This document shows, piece by piece, positions 26,030 through 34,680 of a DNA stretch of 34,818 nucleotides; the first letter of the stretch is position 1, and each line of letters begins with the position of its first letter. Source of the stretch: Candidatus Krumholzibacteriia bacterium (GTDB lineage Bacteria > Krumholzibacteriota > Krumholzibacteriia > LZORAL124-64-63); NCBI GenBank assembly GCA_046484865.1, contig JAWOID010000111.1, forward strand, positions 1 to 34,818. The letters run 5' to 3'. Both the position numbers and the translations under genes were made by a program. The notes under the pieces are model-generated. The model made no database searches and was not told the DNA's origin. It saw nothing but the letters and a program-made list of their open reading frames with translations.

Positions 26030-27175
26030 GCCGAAGTGATCCCAGCTGCGGCCGTCGAGCATGAAGTCCCCGCCTGCAGCCAGGTACCGCAGGTCGCCGC
26101 CGTCCACCACCCGACCGACGGCGTGGAGCGGCCTGCCCAGGTCGCGCGCGAAGTCCGTCGCGACCGCGGGGAACGCATCCGCCGCGACGGTCGCCAGGAG
26201 GCAATAATCCTCGCCGCCCGCGGCAGCGAGGCGGCGCGGATCCCAGCCACGCCGCGCCGCCACCGCGGCGAGCGCAGGGGAGATCGGCAACGCTTCCACG
26301 TCGATCTCCATGCCGCAGCGCGACTGCTCCATGACGCGGCGACAATCGGAGTCGAGGCCGTCCGAGACATCGAGCATGGCGTGGACTCCGGGCCGTGCTC
26401 CGAGCCAGGCGCCCTCGGCCAGGTGGGCTCGCGGCCGGTGGTGCTCCCGCACGAGGCGCTCCGCATGCCCGTCCGGAGCGCCGGCAGCAGCGGCGCCGGT
26501 CACGGCGTCCGCCGCGGCCTCGGGCACCGCATCCGCCGCGGCGTCGGTCACGGCGTCCGCCGCGGCTTCGGGCACCGCATCCGCCGCGCCGTCCCCGGTC
26601 AACAGGCGCAGTCCCCCCGCCGAGTCGCCCAGCCAGCCGGTGACGCAGACCACATCGCCGGTCCGGGCCGCCGAGCGCAGCTTCAGGTGGGAGTGTCGGC
26701 AGGTGCCCAGGACGGTGACGGCGATCACCAGGGGGCCGGGCGAGCGCGTGGTGTCGCCGCCCAGCAGCGGCACTCGCGCCTCGCGCCCGAGTTCGTGGAA
26801 GCCGGCGAAGAACTCGTCGAGCCAGGCCACGTCGAGATCCGCGGGAATCGCCAGGGCCAGGTAGGCGCTGCTGGGGGTGCCGCCCATGGCGGCCACGTCG
26901 CTGAGGTTCACCGCCAGCGATTTGTGGCCCAGATCACGGGCGGGAATGCGCCGGCGCAGGAAATGGACGTCCTCGACGAGCATGTCGGTGGTCACCAGTT
27001 GCACGCGCTCGTCGGCCACCGGCCCCCGGTCCGCCGTACGGCCCACGTCGGGCGCTTCCGGTGGAATCACGGCACAGTCGTCGCCGATCCCCCGCACACC
27101 CTCCGGCAGCTCCCGCAGGAAGGCGGGGGAGAAGCGGGCGATGAACCCGAACTCGCCGACGTCCGACAGCTTCAT
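26015..27175 (-). CDS. thiL: Thiamine-monophosphate kinase
   Basis: GEFGFI, GIGDDCAV, AVNLSDVAAMG, GGDTT, DVSDGL and GGEDY. Confidence 0.96.
   Translation of the reverse strand: MKLSDVGEFGFIARFSPAFLRELPEGVRGIGDDCAVIPPEAPDVGRTADRGPVADERVQLVTTDMLVEDVHFLRRRIPARDLGHKSLAVNLSDVAAMGGTPSSAYLALAIPADLDVAWLDEFFAGFHELGREARVPLLGGDTTRSPGPLVIAVTVLGTCRHSHLKLRSAARTGDVVCVTGWLGDSAGGLRLLTGDGAADAVPEAAADAVTDAAADAVPEAAADAVTGAAAAGAPDGHAERLVREHHRPRAHLAEGAWLGARPGVHAMLDVSDGLDSDCRRVMEQSRCGMEIDVEALPISPALAAVAARRGWDPRRLAAAGGEDYCLLATVAADAFPAVATDFARDLGRPLHAVGRVVDGGDLRYLAAGGDFMLDGRSWDHFGPDHS
26497..26592. repeat. 48-bp tandem duplication (24-bp sub-period) within thiL
   Basis: Two 48-bp units start at 26497 and 26545 and differ at two positions. 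They encode AADAVPEAAADAVT repeats. Confidence 0.9.
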
Positions 27176-27843
27176 CGCGGCGCTCCGGCGCGGGCGGCTG
27201 CGATCGCGGCCCGCAAATTCCGCGCGGCGTCCATGCAGTCATCGGCGGCGCAGATGGCGGATACGACGGCCACCCCGTCCGCGCCCGCCGCCACCGTCTC
27301 TGCGGCATTGCCGGCATGAAGACCGCCGATCGCCACCAGCGGGTGGCGGCTCAGTCGTCGCGCCTCGCGCAGACCGGCGAGTCCGAACGCTCCGCGGGTG
27401 TCGCTCTTGGTGGGGGTGGAATGGATGGGGCTGACGCCCAGGTAGTCCACATCCAGAGATTCTGCCGCGCGAACCTGCTCGAGGTTCTCCACCGACAGGC
27501 CGAGGATCGCTCCCGGACCGAGCAGGCGGCGCGCGTCGGTGCCGGGCAGGTCGTCCTGGCCCACGTGCAAGCCATCGGCGCCGGCCACCAGCGCCACGTC
27601 CGCCCGATCGTTCACCAGCAGCGGCACGCCCGCGGCGCGCGTGACGCGCAGCAGGGCGCGGGTCAGTTCCAGGAACTCCCGGGTGGTCGCGCCCTTCTCG
27701 CGGATCTGGACCACGGTGACTCCGCCGCGGATGGCGGCGCTCACCAGGTCGGGCAACGAGCGACCGCGGGCGAGCGCCCGGTCGGTCACGAGATAGAGGC
27801 TCCAGTCGATGCCGGCGGTTCGCTCTCGCGGACTGCGATGCAT
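27172..27843 (-). CDS. thiE: Thiamine-phosphate synthase
   Basis: LYLVTD, QIREK, VNDRADVA, HVGQDD, TPTK, AIGG and AVVSAI. Confidence 0.96.
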   Translation of the reverse strand: MHRSPRERTAGIDWSLYLVTDRALARGRSLPDLVSAAIRGGVTVVQIREKGATTREFLELTRALLRVTRAAGVPLLVNDRADVALVAGADGLHVGQDDLPGTDARRLLGPGAILGLSVENLEQVRAAESLDVDYLGVSPIHSTPTKSDTRGAFGLAGLREARRLSRHPLVAIGGLHAGNAAETVAAGADGVAVVSAICAADDCMDAARNLRAAIAAARAGAPR

Positions 27844-28655
27844 CACCCTTCCTCCCAGCGCAGCCGAGCGTCCACGTCCTGCTCGGCGATCGTGTGCAGC
27901 ACGTCGATCAGATGCATCTGCAGGCTGCCGGGACCGGCGGCCCGCTCGGCCGCGAGCTCGCCGGCGACGCCCAGCACGACCATGGCGTGGGCGGCGGCGC
28001 GCAGCGCATCCGGATTCACGGCCAGGAACGCGCCGGTCAGGGCCGAGGCGGTGCAGCCGAGCCCCGTCACCAGCGGCATCAGCGGATGTCCGTTGCGGAT
28101 CCTGATCAATCGCTCGCCCTCGACCACGAGGTCCTCGGCTCCACTCACGACGACCACGCACTGGTGTCGAACGGAGAGGGCGCGGGCCGCCTGGAGGGCC
28201 TCCGCACTGGCGTGGCTGGCCTCCACGCCCCGGGTGCCGCTCTCGGTCGCGTGGAGAGCACGGATCTCCGACGCGTTGCCCCGCACCACCGCCACCGGAA
28301 ACGTCGCGAGCAGGCTCCGCGCCGCCGCCGAGCGCAGCGCGGTGGCGCCGGCGCCCACCGGGTCGAGGACCACCGGCACTCCGCGCTCGCCGGCGGCCGC
28401 GCCCGCCAGCGCCATGGAATCGAGCCAGGGCTGGCTGAGCGTGCCGATGTTCAGGACGAGGGAATCGGCGATGGCCACCATGTCCGCCACCTCCTCGGCG
28501 GCGTGTGCCATCACCGGCAGGGCGCCCACGGAGAGCAGGGCGTTCGCGGTGGAATTCATCACCACGTAGTTCGTGATGTTGTGCACGAGCGGCCGGCGCC
28601 GGCGCATCTCGGCGAGATCACGTCCGACGGCGGCTGCTATGGCATTAGCGACCAT
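27843..28655 (-). CDS. thiM: Hydroxyethylthiazole kinase
   Basis: PLVHNITNYV, NIGTL, LDPVGAG, RGNASEI and TGLGC. GGAGGAG RBS. Confidence 0.96.
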   Translation of the reverse strand: MVANAIAAAVGRDLAEMRRRRPLVHNITNYVVMNSTANALLSVGALPVMAHAAEEVADMVAIADSLVLNIGTLSQPWLDSMALAGAAAGERGVPVVLDPVGAGATALRSAAARSLLATFPVAVVRGNASEIRALHATESGTRGVEASHASAEALQAARALSVRHQCVVVVSGAEDLVVEGERLIRIRNGHPLMPLVTGLGCTASALTGAFLAVNPDALRAAAHAMVVLGVAGELAAERAAGPGSLQMHLIDVLHTIAEQDVDARLRWEEG

Positions 28656-28758
28656 GTGCGGGCTCCTCCCGTTGCCAGGCCACGGCGTGGTGCCGGGCGT
28701 CACGCAGCGGCTGTGCCGCCGCCCACCTGAAGCCGGCGGGGCGCCGCCGTCCGGCCCG

Positions 28759-28804
28759 AAACGAAACGACGCCGAGACCGGTTCGCGCGCGACCGGACGG
28801 CGTC
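28759..28804 (-). terminator. Terminator-like expression platform downstream of the TPP aptamer
   Basis: On the minus strand, a GACGCCG-TCCGGT...ACCGGT-CT-CGGCGTC hairpin is followed by GTTTCGTTT. Confidence 0.55.
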
Positions 28805-28824
28805 TCGAGGGGTCGGAAGCTGTC

Positions 28825-28952
28825 CCGTTTTCCTACGCTGGTGTGACCCAGGTCAGGTTCCAGGGGTATGCTCTCAGCCCGGGGGGGGATCGGTCCGGAA
28901 AGCTCGCTGTCGCCTCCCGATCCGCATCCAGCACCACGGGCACCCCCAACGG
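28825..28952 (-). ncRNA. TPP riboswitch (THI element) with enlarged P3 region
   Basis: Minus strand CCGTT-GGGGGTGCCC...GGGCTGAGAGCATACCCCTGGAACCTGACCTGGGTCACACCAGCGTAGGAA-AACGG, upstream of thiM. Confidence 0.95.
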
Positions 28953-28987
28953 AGAACACCGTGTCTGCGACACAGGTCCTGTCCGCC

Positions 28988-29016
28988 ACGGTAGAGGCGG
29001 ACCCGGCGCGTGTCAA
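28988..29016 (-). promoter_or_regulatory. sigma70 promoter of the thi operon
   Basis: Minus strand TTGACA-17 bp-TACCGT, predicting a start about 30 nt before the aptamer. Confidence 0.7.
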
Positions 29017-29132
29017 TCATGGCGATATCCGGCCGAGACGCGCGGCCGGCACCATGGTTGCGCCGCGACCGGCGCCGGGCTTTCCTGGAGCAGAGGCCGA
29101 AACGACACGATCTCCACTCGAGGAAGCGCCCG

Positions 29133-29519
29133 ATGCTGCTGAGAATCTTCCTGCTTTGGCTGCCGATGGTGCCGCTCGCGATCGTCAACGCGGCGATTCG
29201 CGAGCGCACGTACCGCCGCCGCACCTCCGAACTGCGCGCCCACCAGATCTCGTCCATCACCGCCATCCTGCTGTTCGGGATCTACGTGTGGGCGGTGTAC
29301 CCGTGGCTGGAACTGGACGCCGACCCGGAGGCTCGCCTCGTGGGCATGTGGTGGGCCGGATTCACTGTGCTGTTCGAGTTGCTCTTCGGCCGCTACGCCA
29401 TGAGGCACTCCTGGGCGCGGCTCGGACACGACTACGACCTGCGCGCCGGCCGGATCTGGGTCCTGGTGGTGATCTGGGTCGGTGTGGCCCCCTACGTGTT
29501 CTACCACTGGTTGGGGTGA
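29133..29519 (+). CDS. Small hypothetical membrane protein (about 4 TM)
   Basis: GAGGA RBS and four hydrophobic segments. Protein-like composition (NAAIRE, HQISS, FELLFGRY, YDLRAGRIW). Confidence 0.85.
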   Translation: MLLRIFLLWLPMVPLAIVNAAIRERTYRRRTSELRAHQISSITAILLFGIYVWAVYPWLELDADPEARLVGMWWAGFTVLFELLFGRYAMRHSWARLGHDYDLRAGRIWVLVVIWVGVAPYVFYHWLG

Positions 29520-29692
29520 CCATTCCGCCCGCCGGGATTCCCAATGGTCATCCGATGCGACGCATGGTAAAATCATGGGCCGTTCGGTGCTCGACGCGGA
29601 GCCCGCTCACGTGTCGGCTGCGCCGAGGTGCGCCGACCCCCCGGGGGGCCGGGTCCGCACCCGCTCGACCCGTCACCAGCCCGAGGATGAAC

Positions 29693-32600
29693 ATGCGTCC
29701 GCTGACCCGTCTCGCCCTCCTTCTGATGCTGATGCTGGGCGCCCTGCCCACGGCCGGTGCCGCCGCCGCCGCCGTCTCGGACCTCGCCGCAGGAGCCGGT
29801 GCCGACAGCCTGCGCAGCGCGCCGGCGGATGTGGCCGAGGCCGGACTCGTCGTCATCGCGCCCCACGTCCGGGTCGCTCCCGGCGTGCGTCTGGAACGCG
29901 TCTGGCAGCCGGACGCCGGCGGAACCCCCGCCCCTGCTCCGCTCGCGGCCAAGTCGCAGCAACTCCTGCAGGAAGATTTCGAGGACGGGGTGGCGAACGG
30001 GTTCGTGCCGCTCGCGGGCAGCTGGCAGGTGGTGGGCGGAGAGTACTTCACGCGTGTGGAGATGGCCGGGCTCGAGCACCGGTCCCGGGCCGGCGATCTG
30101 AACTGGCGCGACTACCGGTTGCAGATGGATCTCAGGGCCGACGGAGGCGCTGACCAGCGACTCCATTTCCGGTGCACGGAGAACGGTGACCGCTACACCC
30201 TGGTGGTGCGTGCCTCGCCCTACGACGACATCTGGCTGCGGAAGACCGTGGCCGACTCCACGGCCACGCTGTTGCAGATCACCGGCTATCTCAACTCCAA
30301 CCTGCTGTCGGTGCCGTATACCGTGGAGGTGGTGGGCGCCACGATCACAGCCCGCCGTGGCGGCGACGAGCTGTTCGTTCTGACGGACGCCGAAGGCCCC
30401 CTGCTGCGGGGCGGCATCGCGTGCGGCGCCTTCGCCGGCGCCGCCCTGGGGTGGCAGGAGGTCTACTGCGACAACGTCGTGGTGACGGCGCTGGGCACCA
30501 TCACGAGCCGTTTCGCCGACTTCGCCGGCTGGCCGGCGGCGCTCAACGATCCCGGCCGGGCCGCCGGCACCGCGTGGGTGGACTTCGACGGAGATGGACT
30601 GCTGGACGTCTGGGTGGCGGGCGCGGGCGGCGATGCCAGCGTGCTGGCGCGAAACGAGGGTCTCGGCGGATTCACCCGCGTGGACGTGCCGGTGCTGCAG
30701 GCGCCTCAGGATCTGCAGGGCACCTGCTGGGGCGACTACGACCGCGACGGGGATCTCGATCTGTACGTCGCGGGCCTCTCGGGAGGCAACCGCCTGCTGC
30801 GCAACGACGGCGGGGGCAGCTTCACCGACGTCACCGCCGGCGACGCGAGCGGCAACCCGGCGGGCAATGCCGCCGTGACGTGGCTCGACCTCGATGGCGA
30901 CGGTCACCTCGATCTGTACGTCGTGAACGCCTTGGCGCCCAACCTGTACCTCGCCGGCGACGGACTCGGGGGCTTCACCAGTGTCCCCTGCGGTCTGCTG
31001 GCGGACACCGGCGCGGGGGTTGAAGCCGCCTGGGGCGACTACGACGGCGACGGCGACATGGACGTGTACCTCACCAAGAGCGGCGAGCCCAACCTGTTGC
31101 TGCGCAACGACGGCTTTCCGGTCTTCGTCAACGTCACCTCCGGTGCGCTGGCCGACGGCGCCGACAGTCGCGGCGCCGCCTGGGGCGATTACGACGGCGA
31201 CGGGGACCTGGACCTCTACGTGGTCAATGCCGGCACGGCCAACCGGCTGCTGCGCAACGACGGTGGCGGGATCTTCACCGATGTCACCAGCGGGGTCCTG
31301 GGCGATCCGGCCAGCGGCCGCAGCGCCGCCTGGGGCGACTACGACAACGACGGGGACCTGGACCTGTTCCTCACGAACCACGGGGCCGCCGACCGGCTGT
31401 TCACCAGCCTGGGCGGCGGCCTGTTCGGTGAGGTCGAGGGACAGAACCTGGCCGATTCCAGCGACGGGGTCGGCGCCGCCTGGGGCGACATGGATGGCGA
31501 CGGCGACCTCGATCTGTCGGTGGCCAATGCGGGTCAGGCGAATCACGTGTACACCAACGAGCTGGTCTCGGAGCACCACTGGATCCACGTGGCGCTCACG
31601 GCCACGCTGTCGGCTCCCGGCGCTTTCGGGACCCGGGTCACCGTCACCGCCGGCGGCGTGACCATGATCCGCGAGGTGGGCACCGACGGCGGCCTCTGGT
31701 CCGCCGGTTCGCCGGTGCTGGAGTTCGGACTGGGCAGCGCGAGCGTGGTGGACACCCTGGTGGTGCGCTGGCCCAGCGGTCTCGTGCACGAGTACACGCA
31801 GGTGACGGCGGACCAGGTGGTCCCGCTGGTGGAGTCCGACCAGCAGGCCGGGTCGGCGCTCGTGCTCGAACCCGCCGTGACCGGACCGGTCGCCTGCGAT
31901 GATTCGTTCACCGCGTCGGCGGTCTATCATCCCGGTTTCACGACCGTGCCGCTGCGCGGCTACAGCATCCGGCTGGTCGGCTCGCCCGGGCTGGAGTTCG
32001 GCGCGGGGGACGTGCAGGTGAACGTCGTGCCCAGCGGGAGCAACGCGATCTTCGAGGTGCTCGGGAACGGACCCGGCGACGTGACCGTCGACTACACCGT
32101 GACCGGCACCGGCGCCTGCGTCCAGAACACGGCCACGCTCTTCACGGTGACGGTCCGCGCGACCGCCGATGGCACGGGTTCCATCGCGGTGGCCCACGCC
32201 GACTGCCGCGACGAGAACAACCAGGCCATCTTCGTGGATCATGACGCCGTGAGCGCGGTCACCGTCGACTGCAGCCCGCCGGCGCCGCCGTCCGGACTGG
32301 ACGCCCGGCCGGGGCACCAGCAGGTGGAGATCACCTGGGCCGATCCGCCCGAGTCCGACGTCACCGAGATGCTGGTGTATCGCTCGCTGTGGCACGACGG
32401 AGCGATGGCGACGGCTTACCCTGCCTACGGCCAGATGGCGGGCGACGTGGTGCCCGCCCGGCACGACACCGTGGCCGGGTACGAAGCCAGTTCCGAGTGG
32501 ACCCTGCTCGCCCAGGTGCCGCAGGGGATGCAGGCATTCACCGATACGGTGGCCGTGCGCGGCGCCTACTTCTACGAGGTCTTCGCAGTCGACGCCACCG

Positions 32601-33592
32601 GCAACGTCAGCGCGCCGCCGGCGGCCTGGGCGGGAGCCACCAGCTACGTGCTCGGAGACTTCGCGGTCCCTCACGACGGACTCGTCGACATCGCCGACCT
32701 CAACGCACTGGGCGACTCCTACGGTATCGCCTGCGGCAATCCCCTCTATGACCCGGAAACCGACGTGGGTCCCACCGACACCGGCGGCGGAGACGGCATT
32801 CCGCTGCCCGACTGCGCGGTGAACTTCGACGACCTGATGATCGTGGGCTTCAACTTCGGTCTGGTCGAGGGCGCGGCGCCGCCAGCGGTCCGGTCACCGG
32901 CGGTCGCCGGCCGGGTCGGCACGCAGGCCGAAGCCGTGGCCCTCGCCTGGGAACGTCTCGACGAGCGCACCTGGGTCTGCCGTCTGCTGGCGCCCTGCGC
33001 GAGCCTCAAGGGGCTACGCCTGCTCGCTTCGCTGCCGGCCGACCCGGCGATCGCCATCGCGGCGGTCACTCCCGGCGAGCTCGTCAGCGGCGGGCCGGTG
33101 CCCGTCTTCCTGGCGCGCGCCCGGGGGCGCGACCTCGACGTGGCGATCGTGGCGCTGGGCCCGGGCGCCACCGTGACCGGTGCGGGCGAGTTGCTGCGGG
33201 TGGAACTCACGGCGGCGGCGGCGATGGCGCAGCTGCAGGCCGAGGCGCGCGACCTCGGGAATGCCGCGCTCGCCGTGGATCTCGGCGCAGGCGACCCCCC
33301 GTCCGTGGTGCGGCGGTTCAGCCTCGCGCAGAACTTCCCGAACCCGTTCAACCCCGCCACCAGCATCATCTTCGAGTTGCCGCGCGCCGGGCGGGTGGAC
33401 CTGGCGGTGTACGGGCTGGACGGGCGCCGCGTGCGCACTCTGCTGGCGGAAGCGCCGCACGGGGCGGGGCGGCACGAGGTGATCTGGGACGGTGCGGATG
33501 ACGCCGGTCGCCGGGTGGCTTCAGGCACCTATTTCTACCGTCTGCGTAGCGGAGACCGGATGGCCAGCCGCAAGATGATCCTGGCGAAGTAG
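29693..33592 (+). CDS. Large secreted multidomain protein: lectin-like jelly roll, FG-GAP propeller, ASPIC/UnbV, cohesin-like, FN3-like, dockerin-like and FlgD-Ig/T9SS-like tail
   Basis: Signal peptide and EDFEDG...GSW...DNVVV module. Seven W(G)DxDxDGxxD repeats. LEFGLG...VVRWPSG. Paired GDF...DGLVDIADL / DCAVNFDDL loops. NFPNPFNP...WDG. Confidence 0.85.
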   Translation: MRPLTRLALLLMLMLGALPTAGAAAAAVSDLAAGAGADSLRSAPADVAEAGLVVIAPHVRVAPGVRLERVWQPDAGGTPAPAPLAAKSQQLLQEDFEDGVANGFVPLAGSWQVVGGEYFTRVEMAGLEHRSRAGDLNWRDYRLQMDLRADGGADQRLHFRCTENGDRYTLVVRASPYDDIWLRKTVADSTATLLQITGYLNSNLLSVPYTVEVVGATITARRGGDELFVLTDAEGPLLRGGIACGAFAGAALGWQEVYCDNVVVTALGTITSRFADFAGWPAALNDPGRAAGTAWVDFDGDGLLDVWVAGAGGDASVLARNEGLGGFTRVDVPVLQAPQDLQGTCWGDYDRDGDLDLYVAGLSGGNRLLRNDGGGSFTDVTAGDASGNPAGNAAVTWLDLDGDGHLDLYVVNALAPNLYLAGDGLGGFTSVPCGLLADTGAGVEAAWGDYDGDGDMDVYLTKSGEPNLLLRNDGFPVFVNVTSGALADGADSRGAAWGDYDGDGDLDLYVVNAGTANRLLRNDGGGIFTDVTSGVLGDPASGRSAAWGDYDNDGDLDLFLTNHGAADRLFTSLGGGLFGEVEGQNLADSSDGVGAAWGDMDGDGDLDLSVANAGQANHVYTNELVSEHHWIHVALTATLSAPGAFGTRVTVTAGGVTMIREVGTDGGLWSAGSPVLEFGLGSASVVDTLVVRWPSGLVHEYTQVTADQVVPLVESDQQAGSALVLEPAVTGPVACDDSFTASAVYHPGFTTVPLRGYSIRLVGSPGLEFGAGDVQVNVVPSGSNAIFEVLGNGPGDVTVDYTVTGTGACVQNTATLFTVTVRATADGTGSIAVAHADCRDENNQAIFVDHDAVSAVTVDCSPPAPPSGLDARPGHQQVEITWADPPESDVTEMLVYRSLWHDGAMATAYPAYGQMAGDVVPARHDTVAGYEASSEWTLLAQVPQGMQAFTDTVAVRGAYFYEVFAVDATGNVSAPPAAWAGATSYVLGDFAVPHDGLVDIADLNALGDSYGIACGNPLYDPETDVGPTDTGGGDGIPLPDCAVNFDDLMIVGFNFGLVEGAAPPAVRSPAVAGRVGTQAEAVALAWERLDERTWVCRLLAPCASLKGLRLLASLPADPAIAIAAVTPGELVSGGPVPVFLARARGRDLDVAIVALGPGATVTGAGELLRVELTAAAAMAQLQAEARDLGNAALAVDLGAGDPPSVVRRFSLAQNFPNPFNPATSIIFELPRAGRVDLAVYGLDGRRVRTLLAEAPHGAGRHEVIWDGADDAGRRVASGTYFYRLRSGDRMASRKMILAK
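30575..31560 (+). repeat. Seven FG-GAP/VCBS-like coding repeats with 150-153 bp period
   Basis: Conserved Trp codons at 30575, 30728, 30881, 31031, 31181, 31331 and 31481. Confidence 0.9.
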
Positions 33593-33607
33593 CCCCCGGG
33601 AGTGAGC

Positions 33608-34471
33608 ATGGAAGGACACCGGGACCGGGGGAGCATGGGCGGGGTGCGTCGGCGCCGGCCGCGCCATCCGGCCGGCCGGCGGGCGGTACGAACGGGCGTG
33701 GTGCTGGCGCTCGCCGCGTCGGCCGTCGCCGCCAGCTGGTGCCCGGTCGCCGCGCAGGTGGAACTGCGTTTCGTGCCGCACGACACGACGCTGGCGGTGG
33801 GCGACACCATCAGCCTGGTGATCCGGCTGGACGAGGCGCTGGACGTGCGCAGTTTCGAGGTCCGGGTGCGATTCGATCCCGTCCGGCTCGCCAGCCTGGG
33901 AGGTCGGCCCGGGCAGGACCTGATCGACCTGGGCTGCTTCCTCTACGAGGGATTCGAGCTGGAGGCTCAGGACACCTGGTACGGATACGCCGTGGTGATG
34001 GACGCTGCCTGCTGGCTCACCGGACCGGGCGATCTCTATGTCTGGGAGGCGGTCGGTGAGGCCGGCGGGCTTGTGCTGCTCGAGGCCCTGGACGTGGCGC
34101 TCTACGCTCCCCAGACCGGCGAGATCGCCGGCGTGGGGCTGCCCACCGCCTCGGTCCAGGTGATCGCTCCGGCCGGCATCGACGACCGACCCCCGCCTCC
34201 GGGCCGGCTGCAGGCGCATCCGAATCCGTTCAATCCGCGCGTGACCATCGCGTGGGACCTGCCGCGGTCGCAGGCCGCGGAGATCGCCGTCCTCGCCCCT
34301 GACGGCCGGCGCGTCGCCGTCCTCGCGACGGGACGGCTGCCCGGCGGCCCCGGCCAGGTGACCTGGGACGGGCGCACGGACGCCGGCGCATCCCTGCCCG
34401 CCGGCCTCTACCTGGTGCAACTCCGGACCGAGGACGGCCTCCACGTGCGGAAGGTCACGCTGGTCCGGTGA
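33608..34471 (+). CDS. Secreted cohesin-like domain protein with FlgD-Ig/T9SS-like tail
   Basis: Arg-rich N-region and hydrophobic signal. LAVGDTISLVIRL...SFEVRVRFDPVRL resembles cohesin strands 1-3. HPNPFNP...WDG...GLY. The start may be 33635 or later. Confidence 0.75.
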   Translation: MEGHRDRGSMGGVRRRRPRHPAGRRAVRTGVVLALAASAVAASWCPVAAQVELRFVPHDTTLAVGDTISLVIRLDEALDVRSFEVRVRFDPVRLASLGGRPGQDLIDLGCFLYEGFELEAQDTWYGYAVVMDAACWLTGPGDLYVWEAVGEAGGLVLLEALDVALYAPQTGEIAGVGLPTASVQVIAPAGIDDRPPPPGRLQAHPNPFNPRVTIAWDLPRSQAAEIAVLAPDGRRVAVLATGRLPGGPGQVTWDGRTDAGASLPAGLYLVQLRTEDGLHVRKVTLVR

Positions 34472-34680
34472 TCACGAATCGCACGAATTCGGTTCTCCCC
34501 GCGAATCCAGCGGTTTCCCTGTCTCCACTGTCGGCGCTCCTTCAGTCGTCAGACCTTCTTCACCACCTGCTGGATGAAATGCCCCCGTGGATTCGGGGTC
34601 GGTCCCTTTGCCGCATTCCCGGCTCTCCGTTACGTTGCCTGCCGGGGGACGTGACCAGCGAAGCGACGGGTGGAGCGTGC

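Noticed and set aside
30575..31560. 150-bp periodic DNA repeats as a mobile or diversity-generating cassette
   Set aside because: They are fully explained by seven in-frame FG-GAP propeller blades, and there is no reverse transcriptase or recombinase nearby.
34472..34680. Lower-GC intergenic stretch with short CACGAAT repeats as a possible ncRNA
   Set aside because: No recognisable RNA family motif or convincing long stem is present. It is most simply a promoter region.
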